Below the pieces are notes generated by a model, which was given only the letters and a program-made list of their open reading frames with translations, was not told the DNA's origin and did not search any database. A stretch of DNA of 64,000 nt from Bispira polyomma (Eukaryota). The DNA is taken from NCBI GenBank assembly GCA_965649765.1, contig OZ287750.1, positions 68,882,001 through 68,946,000 of the forward strand, given 5' to 3'. Both the position numbers and the translations under genes were made by a program. Below are positions 1 through 14,107 of the stretch, in pieces. The stretch's first letter is position 1. Each line of letters opens with the position of its first letter.

Positions 1-752
1 CTCACCGGTAGTATATAGACATTGAATTTTACACATTCGGAAATGGTGTGCCTCATAGAGTGTTGAGTTATCAAAAAAATAAATGCTAAAGAATTGAAAA
101 AATTCAGCTTGATAAATAGTTACAGAGAGCCCTACCTTTTCTGATAGGCGTACATGTATCTACTTTTCCATCGTGTAAATAATCAGCTTTTGTGATGTCA
201 CCTTTCAATATCTTGGATGCTGTCGATAAAACAATACACATGATGTATTTTAATATGGTACAGATAGACAAGCACAGAACTTTCATGCAGTATATATTTT
301 CTGAGTACCCCGGTACCTACACTGGAAATTGCCTTCAACCGTTATTAGTTTAAGATTTACTTTTTCAGTACCTAATTTTTGTAAAATGGGTTGTATGTAT
401 AGCCTAAATCATTCCCTTTTTATATAGGGTAGGAGATACTCAACCACAGTAGGTCAGCAAGTATTCTGATATATATGCCACGCCTTTAAAAAAAAAAAGA
501 AAAAAAGTACAATATTATCACCTTAACTTAAGGAGAAACCAACCTATTTACGGTCTAATTAAAAATGGAGTGATCTGGTACAAAAACATTAATAATGCTC
601 GGTTCAATATCACTTTGCTGCTTTAACCATAATAGAGGTGTCCAAGATATATTTTTTGTATATATATGTCACATACCATCTGAACACCTATTTAAGTGTT
701 GAAATGGCCAAAAGCCTTGATGCAAATATATTTAAATAAATATAAATTTTAC

Positions 753-1365
753 TAGAAGCGTTTATCAAATGATGATCCTAATTTAGGCATATTTTGGACT
801 TTGAACCTCTATAACTCCCCCAGTTTTCAACATTTTCAAATGTTAGTGGCTCAACTAATAGGTATGGCATTAATTTATGATTCCACCAATTATTATGGCC
901 ATTGTATGTATAGAAATATTTAATATGTTTATTTTTCCTTCTGTGATTGAGCTAAACCCTATTTGTGGCCAAGTGACAGTGTGAACTTTTCACTGCTTGC
1001 ATTTTGTATGTCATACCAAATATGGGACAATATTGCCAATTCAGTATTATAGAAGCGTTTATCAAATGATGATCCTAATTTAGGCATATTTTGGACTTTG
1101 AACCTCTATAACTGCACCAGTTTTCAACATTATTTAAATGTTAGTAGCTCAACTAATAGGTATGGCATTTATTTATGATTCCACCAAATATTATGGCCAT
1201 TGTATGTAAAGAAATATTTAATATGTTTAATTTTCTTTCTGTTATTGGGCTAAACCCAGCGATCAAACTATGATCCTATTTGTGGCCAAGTGACAGTGTG
1301 AACTATTTTCTGCTTGCATTTTTAGGTTATGCCAAATATGGGACAAGATTGCCAATTCAGTATTA
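753..1365. repeat. Tandem duplication of a ~300-bp unit, plus an inverted ~62-bp copy of its start at 1701-1762
   Basis: TAGAAGCGTTTATCAAATGATGATCCTAATTTAGGC begins at 753 and again at 1050, with similarity through TTGCCAATTCAGTATTA. The reverse complement AGTTATAGAGGTTCAAAATCCAAAATATGCCTAAATTAGGATCATC is at 1701. Confidence 0.85.
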
Positions 1366-1929
1366 TACATAATATTGTATGTACATAGAGGTGAGAGAAG
1401 AAAGGCAAAAATGGAAAAAACACATGCATTCAAAATAATTCTACTATTTACTTATACATAGCATATTGTATTTAATGGCTGATTTATTTTTGTCATTGTA
1501 AATGTTGTAGCCCAACTTATAATTTTGCCAACCTTAAGATGAGCTATAGCCCAACTTAGGATTATAAGTTTGCCAGCCTATCTTAAGATGGACCACCAGC
1601 CCATCTTACTAGCCAATCTTAAGATTTGCCAGGAAAACTAGCAAAACTTGAGACTGGATAAGGATTGAAAACTTGCCCAACTTGAGATTTAATTGAAAAG
1701 AGTTATAGAGGTTCAAAATCCAAAATATGCCTAAATTAGGATCATCATTTGATAAATGCTTCCATGAATTAAGAATGTTGTACAGATTGAGTGTTATAGA
1801 GTAATACAGTATTGTATTTTCAGTTTCTTTTAATTATAAATCATTTTGATGTATGATTTTATATTTAGAAAACATTACAATACGTTTCAAATGTGTTCAA
1901 GTACATTAATTATTATTATTACTCTTAAC

Positions 1930-3219
1930 TACGGAAGAGTATAAGGGCCAACTTTTTTTCTTTTTTTTTTTTTGAATTGTCGAGATAGTATCTCGATAAA
2001 TCGAGATAATTTAAATGAATTTTTTTTTTTTTTTTGAATTGTCGAGATAATATCTCGATAAATCGAGATAATTTAGAAATTTTTTTTTTTTTTTTTTTGA
2101 ATTGTTGAGATAATATCTCGATAAATCGAGATAATTTAGAATTTTTTTTTTTAATTATCACCATATTAATTGTCCACCATGGAGAAGGAAGGTGTGTGAG
2201 TGGCCAACTGAACAGCTAACATGGAAAAGGGCACAAACAGTCATCGGGTCAAAATTAATCAGCAAACAGTCACAGAGATCAAAAGTAGTTAATCAGCAAA
2301 CAGTCATGGGGTCAAAAGTAGTTAATTAGGGCAAGACACAAACAGTCATAGATGTCAAAAGTAGTTAATTAGGGCTAGACACAAACAGTCATAGAGGTCA
2401 AAAGTAGTTAATCAGCAAACAGTCATAGGGTCAAAAGTAGTTAATCAGGGCAAGATACAAACAGTCAGAGTTAGGGTCAAAAGTAGGTAATCAGGCTTTT
2501 AACAAAAGTCAATTTCAACAAAATTGGTCAGTATTTCTCATTTTTTCTACTAATTACAATTTTAGGTGACCAAGAAGTTAGGGCCACTTTAACATAATTT
2601 GGTTAACCATGAGTATAAATTACACAGTGACTTTAAGGTTACCTTACTAAACTATAGAGAATTATCATTTTAAATTACCAAGGGTGACTTAAAGTCACCA
2701 TAATGTGAATGAGTTTAAGGTTAACATTAACTATAATAAGCATGCTTTTAAGGTTAACTTTAATTAGGGAAAAGTAGAATGACTTAATGTCATCTACCCA
2801 TTATAGCATACTACCAGTAAAGAAGAGACTTAATGTCATCTTACATTTAGTTTAAGTTACTTGAATCTTTACCAGTAACTCAGCAGTTTTAGTTAAGGCA
2901 ACCTTAAGGGCTACCTTTTAAAATAAACTGCCATTTATGTTTAAGGGATTACTTGTAGTATGTGCTATATGTTACAAATGCGTTACATACATAATTTACT
3001 AAAATGCCCAAACGCCATGCTATCAACTCTTGTACATTGGAAAATAAAATATACAAAAAAAAAAAAAAAATCTTCTTAATTATCTCGATTTATCGTGATA
3101 TTATCTCGACAATTAAAATTTTTTTTTTTTTTTTTTTTTAAATTATCTCGATTTATCGAGATATTATCTCGGCAATTCAAAAAAAAAAAAAAAAAAGTTG
3201 GCCCTTGTACTCTTCCGTA
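1930..3219. mobile_element. Non-autonomous IS3EU-like TIR element
   Basis: Termini TACGGAAGAGTATAAGGGCCAAC...GTTGGCCCTTGTACTCTTCCGTA; 6-bp TSD CTTAAC at 1924-1929 and 3220-3225. Subterminal arrays of TCGAGATAATATCTCGATAAATCGAGATAATT are separated by poly-T/A. TAY..RTA ends with a 6-bp TSD fit IS3EU. Confidence 0.8.
2230..2495 (+). repeat. Tandem repeat (~34-42-bp units) inside the IS3EU-like element
   Basis: About 7 copies of the CAAACAGTCATAGRGGTCAAAAGTAGTTAAT core. Confidence 0.8.
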
Positions 3220-4869
3220 CTTAACCAATTCAATTTTGAAGAAAAATAACACAGGGGCCGTATTCACGAAGGGACTTAAATTAGGGACTCAAATATATTC
3301 ATTATATGACAGGTGCTACTGGAGAAAAGAATATGAATAGTTTTTGGGATAGGTGTGGTTCATTAAACATTTAAAGCTTCCTTTGAAGCCCAAATAACCA
3401 AAACGTTTTTGCAGCAAACATAGTTCAGAAAACAGTTTTTGGTCTACTTGTATTTAGAGTCCTAAAGGCCACACTGGTTGTTGTTCTCTAGGATTAAATA
3501 ACTTTACTTTATGCTGATTGACTAAATTATTGACAGATTCTTCTTTCTTCGTCACTGAGGTGTGATCCAGTGTCCACAATATAAACGTCAGCCATTACAA
3601 CACAATAAAGTTTTATTGTTCTATAATTCATAATTCATGGATAAGGGAGTAGCTCATTATGCATGCATTAATTTTAGTTTTACTTTTTTTTACCACACTT
3701 TAGATATATACATTTGCCTGATACATATTTCATTATTTTATGTTGTTCAATATTTCACAATCCATGGATAAGGGAGTAGCTCATTATCCATGCATTATTA
3801 ATAGTCTTACTGTTTTAAAATACTTTTGTAAAAACATTAGCCTAATTAATCTTTCAGTATTTCATTGTGTTATTTGAGGCCATTTGAAATGCATCAATAT
3901 CTATATATTTATTCACGAAAAAAACACTAAATTATTGACCCTCATACATGCCTACTGAATTATTGGCTTATATAAATGCCAAAATAAGAATAAGTAACAC
4001 CAACATTTCATAACTCCATTTCACTGCTTTAACAAATATTCTATATGGGTTTCTGTGGCTTTATATAAACTGTATTATTCCTATTTTAACCTTATTATTA
4101 CTTCATCTTATGAGCCATTCACACCTTCTTCCAAAGTCTATGGTTCTTGTTAAACGTGTGATTCATTACCGTAGTGAAGACATGTGCAAATATTCAGTAT
4201 GATGTCTTTTTCAGTGTTTGGTTACATTAAACCCAATTTTGTAGCAGTTATGGGGCCTTCATACTTTCCCTTTATGCCGGATCCATTTCACTATACCCCG
4301 TTCTTCCATCCCGTTTGACCCTAAGTCCCCAAAAACCCTCTACGGCGTAAGAAAATCACAAATTTCTCCATTTCTGTCTATTTTTTCACATCTAATACGT
4401 TTCTGTTTCGATGTCCACCTTTTCAAGCCTATGCTATTTTCATTATTGATTGGTATACAAAACGAATACTCCTAGATTCATCCGGATGATGTATTATTTT
4501 ATCTTGCCCAGCACGGTTTTATCCGGAGACGTACCGTATAACAACCAATGTTGAACCGACACATCCATTTATCAACGGAATTGCATTGAATTCATCCAAT
4601 GATGATAGGTCCTGTCCAAAGGCTTCCATTCACCTCCTTTTCTGAACATGTTGGTACCGCGTGATTTAAACGGTACTTCTGTTTTAATGATGTATTTATA
4701 ACCTTGCCATTACGTTTTAACTCGCCTGTCCCGAAAACCAATGTTAGAATCACCATTTCACAGAACTTTCTCATGAACATATAATATTTATTAATAACAT
4801 ATAATATTTATTTCAACAACATGGATCAATGACGTTTTATGATTACTGTAGATTTATACAATGAAATTT

Positions 4870-5470
4870 CGATGGACTTAGAGATAGATATCCTGACACT
4901 AATTGTTGTGCAAGGCAGTCAACAGATAGGGGGCGTTGGGGGACCAATAAACTGTTGGATTCAACCCCAGGTTTCTCCGCAGGCTAATCTTTAGCCAGTA
5001 TGATATCATTTTGATGGGTGGATGGATGGATCAAGCATTATTCCAAGAGCTACTGAATAGGGTTGGCCCAAGGATATTCAAGAAGGTCACCTTTGCGAGA
5101 AAACCACTAAGTGTAATCTGCAGACTTGCAATCACCTTGAGGCACTTAGCTACAGGTGACAGTTTTTATAGTTTGATGTATGGGTTCAGGGTGGCCAACA
5201 ACACTATTGCTAGGATTGTGAAGGAAGTCTCTGCTGCCATAGTTGCAGATTACATGCACAAGGTCATTTACCTGCCAAGCACACCAGCAGAATGGCGACT
5301 AGTGGCTGAGGGATTTTCCAATAGCTGAAACTTTTATCATACCCTAGGTGCTATAGATGGAAAACATGTGGCAATCAAGTGTATTTCAGGGGGTGGTTCT
5401 ATCTATTACATCTACAAGGGCTTTCACTCCATGGTTCTCTTGGCTTTAGTAAACTATAAGTTTATGTTGC
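4870..5470 (+). pseudogene. PIF/Harbinger transposase fragment
   Basis: ORF 5011-5328 has FQELLNRVGPRI, RLAITLRHLATGDS and FRVANNTI. Past the TGA the frame continues as NFYHTLGAIDGKHVAIK...YYIYKGFHSMVLLALV, the HARBI1-type motifs. The stop replaces the conserved Trp; the fragment is truncated. Confidence 0.9.
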
Positions 5471-5754
5471 TGGAACGGTTATTAAGTTGTTTTGTTCCGA
5501 AAAACATAAAAAACAAAAAAAACTAAAAAAAAAAACTACAACTATCCCTGAAAACAAGAAAGACTAATGAATTAAACAACAGTACACAAGACAACCCCCA
5601 AAACCCCCAAAGGGAAAAAAAATAATAACCCACCCAACCACCCCTAAACAAAAAAATGAAGTAAAAATTAAACAAAGTCACATAATTGAACCCAGCATTA
5701 AATTTTTTAGCCCTTTCTTGAAAGTATCCATACCAACTTATCACGAAATTGGAT

Positions 5755-6075
5755 TTAAACCCAGCACCCTGTAGTCAAAAGTCCCAGTACCAAATCATGT
5801 TAAATTTAAAGGTCCTGTATTTGAAATCCACAATTCACAGAATTAAAAGGCTTGAAAATATAAAAAAGAATTGACCAAATAATATTTGAATTAAACTGAG
5901 CAGAGTTACAATGTTTTCAAATGTTAAAAATATGTCTTTCTTTGTGAATCTTTTTATTTTCTACTGTATTTTTACCCTGTACCAAAAAGAGCTGCGGTCG
6001 AATACAGGACCTCTTTATCTGGCATTGTTGCTTGGCAACTGGGATTTTTAACTACAATGTGCTGGGTTCAAATAC
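5755..6075. repeat. Imperfect inverted repeat (possible foldback/MITE remnant)
   Basis: CCCAGCAC..TGTAGT..AAAAGTCCCAGT...AGGTCCTGTATT (5761-5821) is mirrored by AATACAGGACCT...ACTGGGATTTT..ACTACA..GTGCTGGG (6001-6067). Confidence 0.5.
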
Positions 6076-6299
6076 TAGTATTTGTGAAATATTATTTCTG
6101 TGGTTTACTTCAACAGGAAAAAAATGTGGGACTTTCTTTTACTTTTGCCTTTAACTTTGGTTGGGGTTTGTGCATTATTGCGTGATTTTTTTGATGTTTT
6201 TTTTTTGGTACTAATGTTGAATTGATTAGTCTTGTTTTTAGGGACACTTATATGTATTTATGTTTCAAGTGATGTAGTGTGTGTGTTTTGGGGAGCAAT

Positions 6300-7160
6300 T
6301 TTCTAGACATGAGACGCTGTTAAGATCAATTGGATGATAATTGACTGATTGATTTTTGATTGAAATGCTAAAAATCTGTATTTTTTTGCTATCTCGGAAA
6401 CTATTGGAATTTTGGCTTTTTCGTAGTATAAGTTATTCATCTACTTTTTGATTTTATGTATGATGTAAAAATCTCATGGTTTTAAGCGTAGTACTTAATG
6501 AGTACTGAGTACTTCAAATGAGTATTTTGCTCTATTTTGCTCTGTCTTGCACTTTTATTAACTTTCCTTTTGAAGTACCTCTCACAGTTCAATGAAATTT
6601 GGCATGCACATTGCAAATACCAAAGCATAGATGACTGTAAATTTTTAGATTAATCTTGTGATAATTGACTGAGTGACAGGGTTGATCAATTGTACAAAAA
6701 AAATTGGGGAAAAAAGTGTTGATGAGTGCTTGTTTCAGCAAGTGGGGGTTTTATATATTTTTAATTTTAGACCAATTTTAGACTAATTTTACATGCAGCG
6801 CCCAAGTTTTTTAAAAAAGCTTCAATTTTCATTTATTTTTTGCCCCATTCCAAAATATGCAATCGTTACTAATATGTAACAATTTAAATTGAAAAAATCT
6901 CAGTAAAAGGTGCTGTATAGAACGATTTCGAGCTGATTTTCTGATTCTGTTATTATGTAAACTTTTTAAAAAATTTCGATTTTGGTGGCCACCTTGAATT
7001 TCTGCGTCTTTTTCAAAAACGTCTGTTATCTTTGAAATGGTGCCAGATAGAACAATTTCAAGCTCAGTTTTGACCCACCTGGTTGATTTTGGTTATATGT
7101 CAACTTTTTCAAAAATTCCCGATTTCTGCGGCCATCTTGAATTTTTGCGGTTTTTTTTTA
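6300..7160 (+). mobile_element. Truncated, diverged copy of the Helentron/HINE family also found at 43886, 52920 and 57541
   Basis: Shares TTGCTATCTCGGAAACTATTGG, AAGTTATTCATCTACTTTTTG, GAGTACTTCAAATGAGTA and satellite units with the full copies; termini are missing. Confidence 0.8.
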
Positions 7161-8633
7161 AAACTGTTTTTGCAATTAGTTATTAATCGCTGTGTCTTAC
7201 AACCCTGTCGAAAGACGTGTTACCTTACTTGACCTCTTCGGTCTGGTGGGGGTTTGGTGTGTTGAGTTTGTCACCAAATATTGGGCCAAAAGTGGTCAAA
7301 ATGATGTCCCAGCTCAGATAAGATGCCGCTGAGGCCAAAGGAGGAATCCTTTTGAGTGGTGCTCTTACTAGGACGGCTCCAGATGCAGTTGGGTTGGTGG
7401 TGCTGTAGCTGGCTACTGGATTTGTGGGTTAAGGTAGTCTGACGTATGCGGGTGGTGTGGAAGTCTCCATCTGGGGACGTTCTTGCCTAAGAGAACTACC
7501 TTCCCTCGCCTTTTTCTGCTGGTCGTGCTCCCGTTGCTCTTTAGACTTTGTGGTGTACTTCTGCATCATTAAGAAGCTCTCCATCTTAAAATCATTCATG
7601 AACTTCAGGTGGATTGTCTTGATTTGGGCTTACCCCCTGCCGTCTTGTTCTCTGATGGCTTAACTTAGATGGATTCAGCCTTCTCTTGCCACATCCTTTC
7701 CCTTTTCCAAGAGTCTTTATAGTCGGACTCTGGATGAGAAGGTATTGTCACCGGATTACTCAGTGTACCAATGGATCACTAACCGATTGCAAATGGATTG
7801 CTTGTGATGGAAAAAGATTAGTATTGGATGGCTTCCTACAATAATGAAGCACCAACAGCATGGCTTTGTATTGTAATCGGAGTGTGACGGGTGATCTTGA
7901 AATAATTTACATATTTTCATGAACAGCACACTCTTTCCGGTCGCTTCCTGAAGTAATATGGAGTTATCCTTCATAACACGTTGTCACACAGACAGAAACG
8001 AAAGATCTCTGTGTGAAGGCCCCATTAGTTACGTGTCAGAATAAGTCATAGTGATTTACTTTTTAACATGTAATTTGAAACAAAGTTGAAACAAATTTAA
8101 AATGTTCTGCTAAGGAGAGGTAGTATTTATTGCAAAGTTCATTACACGTTTTGTGACGTTCATAATGTTTTGAGATGTTTCATAAACTTTTTGTGAGATT
8201 TTATAATGAATCTGCTTCAGATGAAAATGTAACAAAAACGGCCACTTTTTCAGTACCTATTACCACATGATGCTACATACTGGCAAGTTAATGCTACTTA
8301 ATGCTGCTTACTACTACTTACTGCCACTTTAGTAAAATGTTTTGTGACGAAAACAGATGATTAAAGAAACGGACAACTCTGCAACTATTATTTCAAACAG
8401 TTTGAAATAATCGGAGGGAACTCTCATTTTGTGTGACATTTCAAAAAGTAGTACTATTGTATCTGCTCAACAGAGAGGTGTGACTGGGACATTATCCAAG
8501 CCATCCTTTCATGCTTAATAAGAAATGTTCAACAGCACACAGCAGTTAATTTACTGGTTTCAAATTTTTATATTTAAAAATATCAGAGAAATAGATGTGC
8601 TAATATGATATTCAATATTTAACATATGCATAC

Positions 8634-10239
8634 CCGAAATATCTTCAAGCTTTAAACTTGAAAACGCCCTTCCCCTCAAAGCTGTTGGTTGGCTGCAGTG
8701 CAAATCTATTCTTTTCCCCGTTATTTCAAAAATCCAAGCAAGAGCGTTATCACACACAATGGGGTTGACTTCTGCATACAAGTGTAGATATGTAACATGT
8801 GGAGCATAGATTCTAGGCAGAGTTTCAATATCATTTTCTGATATAGCAATATATAAAGAGCCATGTCTGTTAGGAAATGAGAACAGTTCTTCAGGAATTG
8901 ATGCAATGCTATTTTTGTGAATCCATAAATGGCTGAGATGTGTGTCAATACCTCTAAAATCTGGAAATGTGGTTATACCATTTTCAGCGAAGGATAGATG
9001 TTGTGGGATAACAAGAAATGCTAACAAAGCATTGGTGATATTTAGTGGCACCTGCTGAGAAGCTAAATAAAAAATTTGAATACTTCGGCCCAAATTGGCA
9101 AGGGCAGGCAGATCCTTTATGGCGTTTCCTGCCAGATGCAACTGATATAGTGAAATCAAACCTGGTAGATCTGGAAAGCAGCTGAGTTTGTTATTTTGCA
9201 AGTTCAATATTCTTAGTTTTCCTAAAATGTTTAACATATCATACTCCAGTGTCTCAATCTGATTACTTGCCAGATATAAATCTGTCACAGAATCCTTAAT
9301 ATGTGTCAAGTTTGGGAAAGTAGTGAGTCTAGTATTATCCAAAACTAGAATTCGAAGCTTCTGATATCCCATAAAGACATCTGAACTGATGTTTGCTATG
9401 GAATTGCTTTTCAGAGACAAGTAATTTAGTTGAGGAGTGATATTTCCAAGCAAAGGGAATGCAGTAAATAAGTTGGCTTCCAGGACTAATGTATGGAGAA
9501 AGTCTGTTGACTCCATGGTATTAGGCCAACTTTGTATTTTATTAGCATGAATCTGAAAGTTGTTTAGTACCGTCATCCTGTTAAAAATTTTGTCCGATAT
9601 CTCTGCAATCATATTGTTTGACAAGTAAAGTAGTATGAGTGTGTCCCCAACATATGTTAAATTAGGAAAGTGTGACAGAAGATTCCATCTCAAATCCAGG
9701 TGTGTTAAGCTTGTTAGATTCTGGAAATCTTCAGCTGTCGTTGTATTGATCTGATTTGAATAAATATCTAGTCTTTGTAAATTACTGCCTGCTCTGAATA
9801 GCCTTGGAAATGTGACAAACTGGTTGACTTGTAGATAAAGATGGTACAGAATTAAATTTGGAGCATCAGGAAATGTAGCCAACCTGTTGTTATTTAAGTA
9901 TAAATAGATCAGCTTGATTAGTTTGTTAATCAGTTCAATCGGTATAGTATCCAGTTGATTGTATCCGACATAAAGATGTGTCAGTGTGTTCTCGCAGCCG
10001 GTAATATTTGGAAAAACTGTTAGATCATTATAATTTAAGTTTAAGTTGGCCAAACTTGTCAAATCCTGTAGATCGTCCCCTGTTACTTCTGAAATATCAT
10101 TATTATGAAGAATGAGTCCAGTGGTATCATTACGGATGTCCTTTGGTATTGCCGATAATCTCCTTGAGCGTAAATCCACAGTAACAGTATTCGCACCCAA
10201 AGCCAATAAAAGCACCACAAACAGGTTAGTAATCAGCAT
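8634..10239 (-). CDS. Large first coding exon of a secreted or cell-surface leucine-rich repeat protein
   Basis: ATG at 10239 starts a hydrophobic signal peptide (MLITNLFVVLLLALGA), followed by about 20 LxxLxLxxNxL repeats and an LRRCT cap (NPIVCDNALAWI...LHCSQPTALRG). A phase-1 donor G|GTATGC follows at 8634/8633, so the ORF-track tail to 8560 is probably intronic. Confidence 0.9.
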
Positions 10240-11649
10240 GATTTCAGTCTCATGTAAAAATTTGTCCAAATGGTTTGAACAAATGTTTCATTAGATACAC
10301 GTATATGGAACTAGCCAAATATCTTCTATTTAATTGGCCAAACTCTTTAATCAACCATTTATAACCAAACACTTAATTTCCCCAGAGCTTGCATCAGAGC
10401 CTATAATTTAATAAATAATGATGTATACCAGATTGTAGTAAAACACTGCAACGATTGGCCACTTCAAAAAGGCCTTGTAAACGCCTGAGAATATTTGCTG
10501 AAACAAATTTCCTAGGTTAATTTTTTCAGACAATTTAAACTTTAACCATTTATCTCTATTAGCCTGTACAGTCCAACACTGTTGACCAACTACATTTGCC
10601 TGTATAGACTAACAAGTGCTATATAATTCTGTACTGATGCCAAAATAGGGTGTGATCTTTTATAAATCCCTTTCATAGTTCCCTTTCCATCCACCATAAC
10701 ACGATTACTGAATAACAATTCTGATTTTTTTGCGCCTTAGAATCCGCTAGTACGAAGATTAAGTGCCATTACAGAATTGATGAGATTAGATATAAAACAA
10801 TAGGTTGTGTAAACAATACGTGTATTGTTCAGCATGCTTTGATTACATTCAAGCTGTTTTTCTATTTTATTGTGAACTATCAACTCTTACTTTTCAGTTT
10901 TTGGGATGTAGAATATAATGTAGAAAATATAGATTCAGAGAGAAGTATTTTATCATATTTAAAATATATGGTAATTCGGGGTGATATTCATAGTTTTGTA
11001 GCAATCCAAAAAAAAGGACTAAAATATTGTATCTCACTTTTCTTACTTCATTTTTCAACCTTCATTTGAAACTAGGTCCACAGTTGATATCCCCCTTTTT
11101 GTAAAACAATCGAGGATAAACGACACTACCAGAATATATTGTAGACAGTAATTTTAAAATTTGTTGTTTTATTTAGATGCAGGTTTGCTGCAGCTCCAAA
11201 AACTATTTAACGTGTGAGAGGGGACTCCCTGGATCCCACTAGATCCGCCCATGTTAAGACACTTTTAAGTTTAGTGAAACAACACCTATATATCTTGTGC
11301 ATAATTCATATCGTTCACCCAGTCTAGTTTTAGCTTTATAATATTGTTTAATTAATGAGAATGTATGGAAAATAAACATTAACCATTTGGCAAGATAGAG
11401 GTCCCTTTATAATGAAAAGGACATACCGACATATGGCTGAAACTTTTGCTGTGATCTAAAACTGTTCAGTGGCTTGTTCCTAAGCCTATAAGCATATGAC
11501 CTTGAAGTAATCAAGCATAGTTCATGCAAGTTTCAACCTTGCATTAGACAAATCATTTGGGATATATTATATTTATTTAAACCTTCTATATTATGTACAG
11601 ATTGTATAAAGCATTAATAATTATAAAAGTAAGTTTGAGTTAACCATAA

Positions 11650-11895
11650 ATAATAAAGTATAGACTTTAAGTTTAAGCAAACTAAAGTTACGTTAACACT
11701 AAATTAATGTTAAACATATCATACCTAAACTCAAGTTAGGGTAAACTTAGTAGTTAAAGTTATCTTAAAGTATAGACTTTAGGTTTAAGTAAACTAAAGT
11801 ATGGTTAACCCTAAATTAACATGTAACATATTATATGTAAGCTCAAGTTAGGGTAACCTTATTAGGTAAAGTTATCTTTAGGTTAAGATAAGTTT
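11650..11895 (+). repeat. Two tandem ~111-bp units
   Basis: AAAGTATAGACTTTA(A/G)GTTTAAG(C/T)AAACTAAAGT...CTCAAGTTAGGGTAA...AAAGTTATCTT occurs at ~11656 and ~11767. Confidence 0.7.
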
Positions 11896-12472
11896 TAAAT
11901 TTGAATAAAATTTCTAAAATGTAAATTTGTAAAGTATCAGATGAAAAATCACGATAAAATAGAATAAAACAGACACACTAACAAGCGAAAACCTAAAACT
12001 AATTAAAACAGTTGCTATAGCATATTCAAACCAACGTTCAGTTTGTGAATTAAATTTCCCTACTAAGCTTACTTAAGCCTTAATAAACTACAACCCTTAC
12101 TTATAATAATGACTGTGCTGCAACAACTTAACCACATGTAAATTTCCGTTATGACATAATTTCATTTATGACAAAATTTACAAAACGTTTGTGCACATCT
12201 GCTGTAGGCTGTTGTGTTTTTTTTTTTGTTTAAGATGTGACTCCACACATTTGTTGACCTGTTATTGTATGACCTGGGTTATATGAAACTGCTAGACTGA
12301 TGTCAGCAATGTAAACATGAATTATGGTGAAACAAATAACATTAATACACAATTTATAATAACATTTTCATGTGAGGCAAAATTTGAGATACATACATGG
12401 GTACTTATAATGCGAGTGATTATCACCCCCATCTTCCCTAAGAGCTAAAGGGACCCTGGTGTTAGCTAATAA

Positions 12473-12850
12473 AAGGGAGTGGAGACAAGGTGGAGACACC
12501 CATCATGGCTAACAAGGGAGTGGAGACAAGGTGGAGACACCCATCATGGCTCACAAGGGAGTGGAGACAAGGTGGAGACACCCATCATGGCTCACAAGGG
12601 AGTGGAGACAAGGTGGAGACACCCACCATGGCTCACAAGGGAGTGGAGACAAGGTGGAGACACCCATCATGGCTCACAAGGGAGTGGAGACAAGGTGGAG
12701 ACGCCCACCATGGCTCACAAGGGAGTGGAGACAAGGTGGAGACACCCATCATGGCTCACAAGGGGATGGAGACAAGGTGGAGACACCCACCATGGCTCAC
12801 AAGGAAATGGAGACAAGGTGTAGACACCCATCATGGCCCACAAGGGAGTG
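12473..12850 (+). repeat. 41-bp minisatellite, ~9 copies
   Basis: Unit GGGAGTGGAGACAAGGTGGAGACACCCA(T/C)CATGGCTCACAA; copies are nearly identical and decay at the right end. Confidence 0.95.
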
Positions 12851-13928
12851 TCTAAGTGCAAAACAACACCCTTCAAAGCCCCATTTTAAAAATGGGAATA
12901 TTGATGGGGATGAGAGTGGGAATAAATTGTTGCTTAATAATAAAATAGCGTATTGTCCCTTAGAAATCTTATTGTAAAGTGTCAGTTAATTAATTTTGGC
13001 GGGAAAATACTGTGTATGTAGGCCAATTGCTAGCCAGTAAAGTGAGAGGTCAATTAAAATCTTTGTTGTTGCTATAAACAGTTACACATTATTGACATAT
13101 ATTTCAGCATTTCATAAATGTATATATGTATTTATGAAGATATATATTACTGTATATGTTAACACAAAAACAAATATTCAGATGAATGACAGTCTGTAAC
13201 GTAATTTGAAATAGGGCATAATAGTATTGCTAAAATATCAGTAAACATAATGCAAAATATAAAGCGTAATAGCCTAAAAAAATAAACATATAAATATATA
13301 ATAATAAAACATTCTTTAATTATTATTGTTTATGAAAATGTCATTGTGAAATCGAACCTCGCTGTTCAACTTTGAACAATATTGTTAGTTTGTGTGGTAG
13401 CCAGGGAAGGGCTAGTAAGGTCAATGCTAGGTAGGGACTTTCTTAAGAACTTTTCTGGTCGGCATGACCCCGCTTTTGATTGGTAGTAATTAATCTAATT
13501 CACACAGCTTTCCCGCCAAATAGCCAAAGGGGTTCACTTACTAAACTAAAGTCAACAAGGCAACAGCCATTTTAGAAAAAACAAATATTTTTACACTTGT
13601 TTTAATTTTTCATCTTATACTATGTTACTGTGTTCTATATGAAACTTTTGAGAACTCAAGAGGAATCAGTACCGACTTGTGGATCCTACTGGAGTGTTGT
13701 GGATGATCTTATGCTTTGATATATGCGCTTACTGCTCTGACTGATTGTGGGAGCAAATTGTGAAGGGACGTACTTCTATTATCACGTTTATTCTAGTCAT
13801 TTTACATTTATTTCTACATTCAAGTCTTGCAGTCGCACATATCAAAGCATGGTCTGTGTATATTCTATTTCAGTGACATTATATTTTATGAACTAATAAA
13901 CAGAGATGACACCTCGTAAACTAAGTAC

Positions 13929-14107
13929 CTGTATCCTGCAACATGTGCGTCTCCTGATGTTACAGGAACATCTCCAGTCAGCATCTTAAATGTACTAGTT
14001 TTTCCAGCACCATTCACACCCAAAAGACCAAAGCATTCTCCTTTGTGAATACCAACAGCAATGTCTTTAACAGCTTTGTAATTCTTTTTTACAATGCGCT
14101 TATACAC
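13929..14107 (-). CDS. ABCA-family transporter exon (NBD2 Walker A)
   Basis: TTGCAG| acceptor and |GTACTT donor. Encodes VYK...[47 protein letters not shown], the ABCA NBD2 signature. Confidence 0.93.

Noticed and set aside
1925-3340. Lys/Phe-rich ORFs and a repeat-spacer look resembling CRISPR
   Set aside because: The spacers are poly-T/A tracts within TIR arrays of a MITE; the context is eukaryotic and there are no cas genes.
12479-12977. Three overlapping ORFs of 114-148 aa
   Set aside because: Artefact of a stop-free 41-bp minisatellite cycling through all frames.
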